The position numbers and the translations under genes are program-made. DNA of 63,431 nt, counting the filler, from Sphaeroforma arctica JP610 (taxonomy: Eukaryota): the NCBI RefSeq assembly GCF_001186125.1. It is 8 parts of 3 records of this genome, joined end to end, with 100 filler letters (N's around TTAATTAATTAA, not from the genome) between each part and the next. Parts side by side here need not be neighbours in the genome. Positions count along the whole stretch, not along the records: positions 30,859 to 42,022 come from NW_014040545.1; positions 42,123 to 51,724 come from NW_014040544.1; 6 more parts are not named here. One strand, 5' to 3'. The notes under the pieces are model-generated. The model searched no databases and was not told the origin of the DNA. It saw only the letters and a list, made by a program, of their open reading frames with translations. Within the stretch, counting starts at the first letter, position 1; the number at the start of each line of letters is the position of its first letter. Positions 36,408 to 48,613 of this stretch are shown piece by piece.

Positions 36408-36779
36408 GCACTGTAGTATCAAATAAGTACTCTGGCGCATGTTGTTTAATGTATCAAATACAACACTCAAACAAAACACAATCTTTGATTCTGAACAACT
36501 TTAAAATGGAGAGAGTATTCTGAACATTACAAGCCTACAAAACATCACAGGCAATAAAGATGAGACTACCATATTTTACTTATCTGAAGCTATTCCCAGA
36601 CCAACAGATTATAGTACTTGATAATGATACTTTTAGTACCCACAGCAATGTTGTAAATCGCGCTCATTGACGACGGTGATATAAATATATATATATATAA
36701 ATCTTCTTTGCGTGTGACTTTACTACTCTGCGCGTATCAACCATCTGTTTGCTTATAAGTCGGCTCATACGAAATCCCC

Positions 36780-37893
36780 GCTTCACTTTCTCCGCGAGTA
36801 AGAAAAAATGCTATAAGTCATTCTGAAAATAGTTTTCGAGTCTTTGTCCACCACTTTTTGCGAGCGAATACCCTTCCTGGATACTCCCATGTGGTCCATC
36901 AAACGCAGGCAGTACTTCACATTGCGTAGCTGAACAATCACCCCAAAACAGAATACAGTAAAGAAAGATATCAGTTGCAATATACATTCATGTTGTGATC
37001 TAGTTTCAACCGTCCAATAAGGTATCAAAGTGTGTATAAGACATACAACATCAGATCGACTCTATCTAAACTCAAAAATGAAATAATCTGTGCACACTGC
37101 AATATTACCATGGAGCTTCGAGTTAGTATTTAATTGCAGTTGCATGGTGTAGATACATGCCGCAAACACAGCGAACCAGCAATATAATATTGAATATTCG
37201 ATCAAAGGATTTAATAGTGTATGTACATCCTTTTGTTAATCTAATCCTATCGAGCGCATAGTGCGTTGTAAACAATTTCAGCACAATAAGAGCAAATTGC
37301 GATACCAAACTTATAAAAACAATGTATGTAGGCCTTAGTGTGACTCTGCGCTTGCAGAGTTTACCAAAATTCTATAAATCCCTACTGAAAGCCTACTTAC
37401 ATATATTCACTCTCACACTAGTAAATACAAACTACTTTACGCCAGATTTGTCGCAATCATACACGTCTTTGAAATTTGTTCAATACAGATGTTCGAGATT
37501 AAATTGATGGGATGAACGAAGGTGGTTCATATACACACATACTACACATCCAGCTATAAACACACGCGAGACTAAGATCTATAGGATTACAAGTTTTGTC
37601 ACGAATACTTTGAAATTGCATGCTCTATAGCCACAGATACTCACCTTTTCCTCGGCTGTGTCGGGTTTCAAAACGTACTCCGTCAGTGGTACGAAGAATT
37701 GACCCAAACTACCCAACAGCCATAGAAAGCGTACACCATCATGCATTCCCTCTGTCAGATCTTCCACCGGCCCAGTTGTCAGGACACCCACGTGAGTATC
37801 CACAAACTGTAGCATAAGCATGCACACCTTGTCGACCTTTTCTATTTCAGCACTGAAGAGAGAGTCAAAGGCGTCCTGTGTCTCATCTAACAT
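36780..37893 (-). CDS. Probable multi-exon gene of unknown function
   Basis: MLDETQDAFDSLFSAEIEK followed by short GT-AG-bounded segments (KVDK|gtgtgc, AEEK|gtgagt). Confidence 0.3.
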
Positions 37894-38144
37894 CGTAGTG
37901 TGTGATTGATTGGGAGACTTAGCCTTTCATTTGATTTGAGATACCGAAGATTCTTAAATTGTGGTTTACTTTTCTCAATTTAGCAAACCAAACCTCAAGC
38001 AAAATAAATAATAACCAAAGCCATACAAGCCACTATAAAACGTCGCAAAAAAACAGAACATACTCACAGCTTATTTATTCCAGATTTCTAAAGATTGTAT
38101 GCTGAGTGATCTTAGTTTGTGATCCGCAGTAACTCGTGTGATAA

Positions 38145-38547
38145 GGGCCCGTATAAACGAAAAATAGTGTTTTACAAACTAGATGATATAAAATAGGGCA
38201 ACGGCCCCAATATTAAGTGTCTGATGCCCTACATACGGACCCATAACATATTTTTGGGATACTTGACCCAAAACAGTAAAGGTACTTTTCAGTTTTGAAC
38301 CGCAACCGCAAATATCACAAAAATGGTACGTATTTAAGTGAAGTTCGCTAGTTTATGTACTTTTTTGGACTAAAACATATAACTATTTTGCAAGTTGAAG
38401 GCTTTCGAGGGTCTGGGACCCTCGGAAAGTAGACCTCGAAATAGTAAATTATCATTTTTGTGAAAAATTGTTTCTGTACATTCTTTGGTCCACAACTATT
38501 TTGAGGCAACTATTTCGGTGAACTATTTTTCGTTTATATACGGGCCT
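38145..38547. mobile_element. PIF/Harbinger-like MITE (~400 bp)
   Basis: TIRs GGGCCCGTATAAACGAAAAATAGT / ACTATTTTTCGTTTATATACGGGCCT; TAA at 38142-38144 and 38548-38550. Confidence 0.8.
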
Positions 38548-41500
38548 TAAGTCTTCTCAGCACACTGGATCAAAAGATAGCACTTTCCGATCGTACGGGT
38601 TGCTATTGCAGTTGCTATTTGTGTATCAGTGACACAAAACCGCAAACACTTCTGTTAATGCATCATCGTGTATACTCTGTGACACAGATACCCAGAAATA
38701 CACACCTGTATCCGAAAGCAGCTGATCCAGATCATCCTCCTCAGTCTGCCGGATCATGTGTGCGGGAATGTTATTGGCAGTACGCCTCTCAATATTAAGT
38801 TTGTGCGTTTCTGACTCGTCGCCTGTAATAACATGTGACTCCGTCTTCTGTATCACATTCCCGCCTCTGATCATCTTGAGTAGTCGTATGTGAGGATGTG
38901 AGGTTGCAGGGGTTAATGTCTGTCTGACTAGATGTAGAAGCGTGTGTGTACTGCGTTTTCCATCGAATTGGATACGGAGCAGTCTGGAATATCAACGAGG
39001 CATCTGTGTGATGAGTATGAAGTAAAGTCACGTTGGTATAAAAAATATGGTATATAGCCTATGTTTGCTCAGTGAGAGAGTAGCTACAATGGTCACTGCA
39101 AATCCAGGAGAGAAGAAATGGGGAGAGTTCACTGAGAATTGCATAATGGTAAGTAGAAAGACAAATGCAAGGCTAGAATATAGCTGTGTGTCGAAATTTT
39201 CTGGCTGACAAGTACAAACTGACACGAACACAGTTGTGATTGTATCCAACGGTTGAAAATTTTATCGTCTAGATTATGCGCAGTATAAGTAGTGTACGGA
39301 AGCCACCACGCAAATTGGCAACGATATATAGGAAAGTGGGAATAATACAACGCATACACGAGCAACAGACCACTAGGACAAACCCTCAGTACCATAACGA
39401 TAACACGGAATTCAACTACGACAGAGCTTTGTAGTCAAAAACAAAATATACATTCTGAAAATAGTGTCAACATACAATGTGTTGCCTCTTATTCATGCTG
39501 GCCTCGGATATGTACAGGCAATTGCTTTGCGTTGTACACACAAACTTTACATGTCAAATTACATAACCAGACACAACTTTCTCCATATCAAAAGGAGCAT
39601 ACTATTTACTACGCCACGATTCGTCAAACAATTTTATCCCATACCTCTCGACGAATCATTCGCACAGTGAAATCCGACGGCAAATCATAAGGACATTCTA
39701 AGTGGTGAGCTATATCGTACATCAGAGAATATATTGCCGCGTGATTCATGCTGTTGATACCTACGAACGAGAGGTTATAGCGTTAAGCAACACACGTTTG
39801 TCTATAATTTGAAGCCATATTTGTGAGTAAAACCAAAGTGTAAGTGGCTATACAAGGGTATAAGGGGCCCCTGTTGCTATAGATCGAAGCCACCAGGTTT
39901 AGCCAAAAGATGTATCTGCTTCACGAAGCAATGTAGGCAATCGTTGTTCGCAGGTTGAAAGTTGTTGAAAAGCGTAGCAAATGCTTTCAATATATTTACA
40001 ATTTTACAATCTTGACCTGGTGAAGTATAGGGCACAAATATATGGCTACATGGATCTCAAGGCATAAGGCATGCACATATCATTAGGTTCCCGTTGCGAA
40101 GCGATATTTGTTAGCGTAGATTCTATGATTGCTTGATTAGAAGTTCGAAAGCAACATGTGATACATTCAATACCAAGTTGTGTCATTTGGGGTGATGTTA
40201 TCGATCTGATCAGTCAAGCAAGTCATTTATGTGTATAGTATACGCCCGTACTGATGTCTTCATTTTAATCATATCATTAAAAGCGATAAGAGTTTACTGA
40301 ATTGCGCAGGTCAATTTCGAATGTGTTCCTGTTGTGAAAGCTTTCGGTCAAACAAGATGGGAATATGTCTAAAGTATCAGGTTGTACCGTAAGCACACAG
40401 TGCACTAAATGTCTACGGATTAAGAACACTTGACAGAAGCTACCGAAGGAACATTTGAAAAATGACACAATATTCGCTGACCACAGTAGCTACCAGATGC
40501 GAGAACAGCATAATAGTAAAGGAAAAATCAGACTGCATGAGTGTTTCGCATAGACATCAAGTAAAATCAGGCAAGTCATACTCACAGGCAAACAAGACTG
40601 GTTCATGTACTCACGAGAGATACGCTGCTACAGAGGAGCACCCAGCAAAAAATTGGGTGTATATTCACCGCCAAACGTTTTCGTCTACGCACACAACATG
40701 GAATTTTTGGTCAATGCGTAACATGCAACCTACTTTTAGGATTATACACATCATGCCGAACCGGAAAGTAGTCCTCAAGGAATCTGATAATGCTTCCCAG
40801 GTTTTCCTGACGAGTCACCGCACTCCTCGCGAGCTCTTTGTATTCGATCGCTTTCCCCGTCAATGCACCTACAAATAACGACCGAGATAAAAATCGCTAA
40901 ATGCATACTGGGGTGATGGCAATCATCCATGCTACGACTACATTCGAGCGCAAAGCCGGTAGACGCTGAAAATTTACCCGAGCACTTACTTAAAAGGAAT
41001 ATGATTATTTCGCCTGTCGCTAAATCAGCCATAAAGTCACGGACAACCAGGTGCTCGGATGCCGTGTGCTCGTTCACCCATCTCGATATTGCCTGGTATG
41101 AGAAGCAACAATGTAACGTTCAAGTTCAAACAGGTCAGTGTCAGCTACGAGTCTTTAGCCCAATGTGATATATGGACATATGTCATGGAGCTCAAACGTA
41201 GTATGTGAGATTCGCGCGATGGGTAGTGTGTTCTACGGTACTGGATACGGTCATAAGTATGGTTTCATAGACAAACATACAAATAATGTATATGGTATGT
41301 AGACAAAATAGAGATACCTGTACTTAATCATGATAGAATATACTAGCAGAGAACATGATTATACTGATAGGAATAAAACGAAGAAAGAGTAACACATACG
41401 AGTGAATGTTTCTAGATGTGTTCTCAATCATTATATTTCAACAAACATACACCGAACCTATGCCAATCGTGCACTTTATAGAAAAACAATCTTCTAAACA

Positions 41501-41944
41501 CTCAATCCAAGCCTGTATAGAGATAGCTATACTTCGAATGATAGTTGAACCTGAAAGAAGTCGCATCTTCATGTCCACATAATTGAATACATATGCGTAC
41601 GCATTCACACTATGAAGAATTCTCACACGTGGATCTCATGAAGGCCTAATTTATCACCCACGCATGTGCGAGAAATCGTTGAAATACTGACAAATGCCCA
41701 AACTATGTATATATGTCCACACTCTTACGCTTCAAAGTATGCCTGATTTTATGGATATTGAAAAATATTGCAAATACTTGTTTTAGAAAAAAAGAAAAGA
41801 AAGTTATATGAAAATAAAAAGCAATTCACAGGTAAACATGTATCACTCAATCGAATATATAACAAATTAAATAACGCATGTATATACTGGTTTCCACAAC
41901 CACAGATAAACCTAATATATATACAAACAATACATATTTACACT

Positions 41945-41993
<49 letters not shown>

Positions 41994-42147
41994 ACACACA
42001 CACACACACACACACACACACANNNNNNNNNNNNNNNNNNNNNNNNNNNNNNNNNNNNNNNNNNNNTTAATTAATTAANNNNNNNNNNNNNNNNNNNNNN
42101 NNNNNNNNNNNNNNNNNNNNNNGATTATAAGTTTATATGATCTCCGC

Positions 42148-42179
<32 letters not shown>

Positions 42180-43992
42180 GGAGCACATATATCAAACTGC
42201 ACATCACGCCCTTGGGATACAAACCATTTGGGTTGTATTTTATCAATAGTTGAGACACTGTCGCGCCCGCACAATATGCATCATGTGATACCATTTTTTT
42301 TTGAAGTAGAGATCAAAACACGGGTGGATTTTTTTAGCAGCCAGCTTCAAGGCTGATATTTGTTTGTTTGTTTTGTTTGTGATTTCATTTTGGACAGCCT
42401 TATATAGTGTGGTTGCTATATCAGCTTCCTGCTTTTTATATTTTATTTTATAGGACTATTCAGAGTTGGTCTAAGTTCAGAGCTGATGAGAGAGTAGGAG
42501 CTTATTTTCTGTCAAGTAGTAGTGAATACACTGATACAGATTTATAAATACGATATAGTAATAGAGTATGTAGATTGTAGAGGTACATGTATACTACACT
42601 ATATATTAGAAATTCTCTCAGGCTCTGGCAGACTCTACTACATAGTTGCTACTTGCTACATACTATAATTAAAAACATACATACTTGAGCAGGAGCTTTC
42701 AACTCTCAACTCTGATGAACTCTTAATGAGTCTCAACTCAATAATGCCCGTGAGCCTTTCTATAAATAGAAAATCGGTGGTTTTATTCGAACCCGATGTA
42801 TATTTTATTTTATTTTAAATAATCGTCTTATTGACTACTGACTCCACACACGCGTCAGACGTCAGAGTTAGACGTTGGTGCGACACAGACTCACCGAGTC
42901 ACCGGTCACACACAGTAGAGTGTAGACGGTAGACGGAATATTATAGAAAAAAACTCAAAAAGAAACACTTGATGTAGCTTGTACAGAGTACAGTATTATG
43001 TATGATGGTATTTATGTACATACAGTATGTACATATGAGTAATATTTTATATATAAAAACCACACCCACTCTTTCAGACTCTCTTTCTATGTATGTAATA
43101 ATTAATATGTATGTACATATGTATGACATATGTAGAGAGAAACTCTCTCAGTCTCTCTATTAGTAGAGCACAGAGCCTTATGTAGACTGTAGAGTCATAA
43201 ACTGGTAATAATTATATCACTAATATTTGGTGTTGCTTCTTCGTCCATCGAATCATTCGACCTGCATCCTCATTCCACTCGGTGCCCGGCGCTGGGTTGG
43301 CATTTGGTGAACGACGCCGTCATTTGGACAAACTATTTAAAATAAATAAAATATACATGATTGTCTCGATGTTATTTATATATTTTTTAGGACATGTCGA
43401 ACGCGACATGGTGTCGTCGGGTCCGATGACATGTTGTCGTCGGGTCCGATTGGGACACTCGGTGTACATCAAACTGTTTTTGTCTAAAAAAATCCATGAA
43501 CTATAAACAGTCATATTTTACACGTTGTACGACTTTTTTTATGGGTGTACGACTGTACATCGTTGTCGTATACCAACCGAGCGCATCCTGACACCCGGCT
43601 TGTTCATGTAGTAAAGAAAAGTATATTTTGTCAAAGATAGGTGATAACGTCTGTATCTCCGTACTCCGAGTAACTCTGATATTTCCTATATAAAAAAACC
43701 CCTAAACCCTAAATATTTATGCCTGGGGAGTGGGGCTGGTGCCTGGTGGAGTGGTGGTAGATTTTAGATTTGGTTTTGTATGTCCGGAATTGCCAATTTA
43801 CTGTGGAAGTCCGGAATTGCCGTAGCTCCCTAGTAGCTAGTCCCTACGTATGTAGCAATATTCTCTGAACTTAGAACTATTTAAAAAAAGACGAAAAAAG
43901 AGAGTTACTTCCATTACAGTTTACACACAACCATAATTCCAGTTCCAGACTCAATTATTGCTCAACTAACAACTTTTCAACCAATATCCGTT

Positions 43993-46900
43993 ATGTATGT
44001 ACAGGGTATATCAGCATATCTCATCTTGACACTAGTGTGGGGATCAATCGTTTCTGCGGATGCAGATTTCCCAATAGCTACTTTTACCGGAAATGTCAAT
44101 CCTTGGCAGGATACGGATGCCCCACAATGTGATTCGGGCTCACCAGATGGAAATTTCGTATTTCGTATTCGAGGAAAGGCCAGTACAAGGCACCCAGGTG
44201 AGGTCTTGTACGTCTTACGAAGAAATTCTATACGTGCTGGTATAAGAATGGTTTTCAGGTGACGGCCTTTTGATCGCGCCGGCGTTTCTGTGTATTGTGT
44301 TAGAAAAGTATCCAGCAGTTTGCCCTGCCGAAGTCGAATAGCCGCATCTGCAAAACGTGCGATATAGCGTGTGGCACATGTTTATTGGTTGGACTGGCTC
44401 AAAGTTTTAACCATGTCTAATATTGATTTCCACTTGCATACTGTGCTTTAACTTGTAGACCACAGAGAAGAGCTGGATTCAGAAGTGCGATGATGGATCG
44501 AAGTCTATGCGATTCCTCATTATAGACAAGAGCGATCCTGCGAGCCCCCTATATAGTGCGAATGAATATTTTGCCAAGCCAGATCCCACTTCGGACTCCA
44601 CGTGCGAAGCCCACGGTGGGATAACAGATAGGTGGGTATTTGTATGTCAATGACAATTTTATATTTGCCAGTCACGTTACTTCCACAAGTGAACTACGGC
44701 CGAGTGAATGTTTCGCGTATCAAGTATTAACAGTACATTTGGGATACTTCATTTTCAGTACAAAAGACGATGGCAAATCTACGCTAGAGACGGATGCACA
44801 AACTGGTGCAGTAATCTCTCAGCAGGTAATTACGTCTACTTGTGACACTGGCGACACTTCCGAAATACGCAAAAAAAAAACATTGACAAGTGTCTCCGGA
44901 TTGGAATTCACATATATTTATGCCGGTTATCACCATGAGGTATGCGTTGTTCAACAAATTCGACAATTCGTGCCGATGCCGTTGGTTCGGTTAGTACACC
45001 TCAGGATCATGCTAGCTGTTTTGTTCGTCCATCTATCAGAAATCTGGGAGAGTTCTAATGTTGTTGCCCTATTTTATCACGAGTCAGATCGATCACGTTG
45101 ACCATATCAAGAACAGTGGTAACAACGGTCAGAGAGGTACTACAACTACAGATAGTAATACCACATTTGAATGGACGACGACCCCGCACTATTTTCCCGA
45201 CCACACACGTCTTGACACGAAGTATACTTGTAAACTGCCGGACACAACCGTGGTTACAAGTTTTCAAGGACGTGCTCCTCCAAACTCAACGGTGCCCACT
45301 AGCTCGTTGCCGAATAACATCAAACCACATTCTCTAACGGCAGTACCGAAACAATAACAAAAAGAAGGATGACGCTTGTTACACATTTGCCAGCCGGTAA
45401 CTCCGGATCATGTCCGACGAGTGGTTCGACATCTAGAGATATGCGAGATAAGTGTTGTCGTCGCACTGTTACAGTTACTTACAGATCTTCTAATTTTTTT
45501 AATGGCAACCCAACAACCAGCGAAACTACCAAGACAATATATCGATGTAAGTGCGGAGGGTATGTTCTGGAAACAAGTGGATCGCGGGTGACAGAGGACA
45601 CTGAAACTGCTTGTAGTGAAGAAACGCCTGATGGGTGCAAGTCTAAGACCGAATCCAGTCACACTACTGAAAGGCGACAGAAAGTGGATACTACGACGAC
45701 GACAGTCACATGTTCGGGCGCTTGTACTACAACAACTGTTAACTCCCAATGCCACAACGCAAATGGTATAGATAACGACAAGAGTAACGAGGAACGTACG
45801 CGCGTATGTCCTATTACGTACGAAAACAAACCTGCTACGCAAACTGAAGTGGGTACAACTTATAATAATGGTAGTAGAGAATTAACCATGACCATCGAAG
45901 GTACAGATAACGGTTTCAGATTTGGCTATACACAAGTGCATGTGGCGAACCCGGGGAGTGAATTTACAATCATAAGTACTACTTAATTGAACGAAATTAG
46001 CGGCGGTGGACGTGGAAATATTGTGGAACTACCACCCCCTGTGCTTTGTGAGTACAACCCGTGGAGTGACTGGACTGATTGCGCTGTCGCGGAAGGCTGT
46101 TTGATCACACGAACTCGAGGGGGTAAGGTAACAAACCCGTTCACCTGCACGCCATCGACAGACTTGGCGCATGAGAAGGCTTGTACAAAGCCTGGTTGTG
46201 GTGGTGTGCCGAAAGACTGCTCCGCTGCCCTTTTGGCTGACGCTGATCTTTGCTCAGATTCGAATCAAACGGTAAAAATCAGCGCTTTGGATACTGTCTG
46301 TGATTGTGCTGATTGGTAAGTTATTGCGATATGAAATTTGACATTTTGCGCTCCACTTTCACCAACCTTGGGTGTACACGAAAATTTATTCTCGCTGTTA
46401 TTGTTGCACAATATTTGGGATGAACTTGATGATTTGTTTTTGTGAAAATCAAGGATTGTGTCTTTGTCTACAACTATTGTCAAATGTCAACTTTAAAAAG
46501 TGAATATACAGTATGATGACGATCATGAAACCTGAATTTTGAATAAACAGTTTGACGACATGCTGCGCGAAATCAGTTGTGCCTGTCACAGGCGAAGAGG
46601 TGAAGACTTGTGCGATGTTGCTCGCTGACGATCCTGAACTGTGCTCGTCGAATGGAGAAGTAGATACTGACGACCTGGACATCGATTGTGATAAAAACTG
46701 TGATATTAACTGCTGCAAGCACACGGAAACGCCGGTGACTGGGGAGAGTGTGGATACCTGTTTCATGCTGCTGGTGAAGGACCATGATCTGTGTCAAGGT
46801 TACATTGTGGACACTGACTCGCTTGACAACACGTGTGAGACGAATTGCGATAAAAACTGTTGCAAGGAAGAAACTCTACCAGCCACAGATTCGGAGACCA

Positions 46901-48086
46901 AGCGTACCTGCGCCATGTGGTTAGCTGACAATTCCGGGTTGTGCACGGATCAAGGGAACATCGTGGACAAGGATTCATTAAGCAAATGTCTGTGAGAATG
47001 ACTGCAACGATGCCCGAAGCTCGGACCACCTGTGCAGCTGTGCATCTGAATGGGGCGCTAGACTGCGGCGAAGAACTGTTTGATGAGGCGAGTGCTTACA
47101 CTTACTGTGAGGGCGATGAGGATTGTACTGCAGCGTGCTGTATTGCTAAGATTGAGGTTCCTTCACTTACCTACACCCATCGGGAGACTGTTTCTACGCA
47201 TACTGCAACCATCGCAAGTGAAGACCACACCCATGTGGTGACCAGCTCGGCGATAGTGAATCCTGCCACCGAGACAACGCACGGGCACACGACCACATAC
47301 TTGATTCCGGAGCCCCATCCCACCGAAATCGCTTCGTTAGGCACAACTGTGACTATTGAATATACACACACGCCGGTGGTTACAGAGACTGTGGCTACCG
47401 TGAGTACAACTGAGTACTATTCGCACGTTGAAACCGGTCACATCCCGCATCCTGACGGTAACATCGTACTGCACACCACCAGAACTGAGAGCAGTCACCC
47501 TACTCAATCAGAGACCGATGAACCTACAACCACCACGCGTGCCAGTGAACGTACGACTGAACGTACCACCGAATCGACCACTGAGCGTACTACCACTACT
47601 CGCGAACCCGAGCCAACGACTGAACGTACTACCACTCGGGCACCCGAGCCAACCACCGAGACCATTCAGAAACCCGAGCCCACTCCGGAGGAGAAGTACT
47701 ACTGTGGTGATATCAGCTACTACAAATGCTCAACATACAGAACGAGCTTGAAGTGCTGCAAGAACTCGGACAAATGTACCGGTTGGGGCAACTGCAAATG
47801 CACCTCAACCACCTGCTGCGACAAGACGGTCTCAGGCGCTAAGGACCCCGATCGCGAGATCACCGATGGCAGTGACGAGAACAACGCTTACTGTGGGAGT
47901 GTCAGCAACAACAAGTGCGAAGGCTACAAGACCAGTCGGAAGTGCTGTAAGAGTGGCACGGGAAAGTGTGGCGGTTGGGCTGTGGAGAAGTGCTCATCTA
48001 GTTACTGCTGTGACGGGACGGTGAAAGCCACCAACAGCAACTGCAGACGGGGCAGCCGTCGGCGTGAGTGCAACGGCAGGCGTTAA
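43993..48086 (+). pseudogene. Large secreted Cys-rich protein gene (signal peptide, TSP1-like motif, Cys repeats, Thr/Glu mucin-like stalk, duplicated C-terminal Cys domain) with disruptions
   Basis: Signal peptide MYVQGISAYLILTLVWGSIVSA; GT-AG introns near 44198-44458, 44631-44758 and 46316-46550; CEYNPWSDWTDC; C[AF]MLL..D..LC repeats; TTERTT/PEPT repeats; in-frame stops/frameshifts at ~45355, 45984 and ~46990. Confidence 0.7.
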
Positions 48087-48200
48087 TTGCACATGAACCT
48101 CTCTCTGTGATGGGATCAACTACGAATATGGCGTATGAGGCGTTAATTGCACATGAACCTCTGTCTGTGATGAGATCAACTACGAATATGGTGTATAAGG
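48081..48200. repeat. 60-bp tandem duplication overlapping the stop codon
   Basis: CGTTAATTGCACATGAACCTCT...CAACTACGAATATGG occurs twice. Confidence 0.9.
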
Positions 48201-48613
48201 CGACTTCAAGGTAGCTCGGCATGCTTTGGAAAGTGTATTGTGCATGCGGATCATGTAACACGATGATGTATGGCCTTACTGATAAACTTGAGTCGATGTA
48301 TTCAGACATGCCTGCACAAACGAATAAATTAAAAGTATATATATTTTTCGCTACATGACCGATTTTGTCTATTTCCACAGAGTTCGTCAGGGGATTCAAA
48401 CAATCTGCCTGTGCTTTGTTTTGCATTGTAGCATGAATGTCATTTGCCAAAAATTCGAAATACCGTTGACCATTTTATGTATCTCGTTCGGATTGTTCCA
48501 AATCTCATATTGTAAACGAGCAAATTTACTGCTGACGCGACAAGCTATAAAGCAGCAAAGAAACGCGGGATATTTCCGATACATACAAAGAATCCTAATT
48601 TTATTGGTTCGGT

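Noticed and set aside
38626..41630. Possible multi-exon minus-strand gene (also 30900-31980)
   Set aside because: Some exon-like pieces are present, but I could not build a consistent splice model or recognise a domain.
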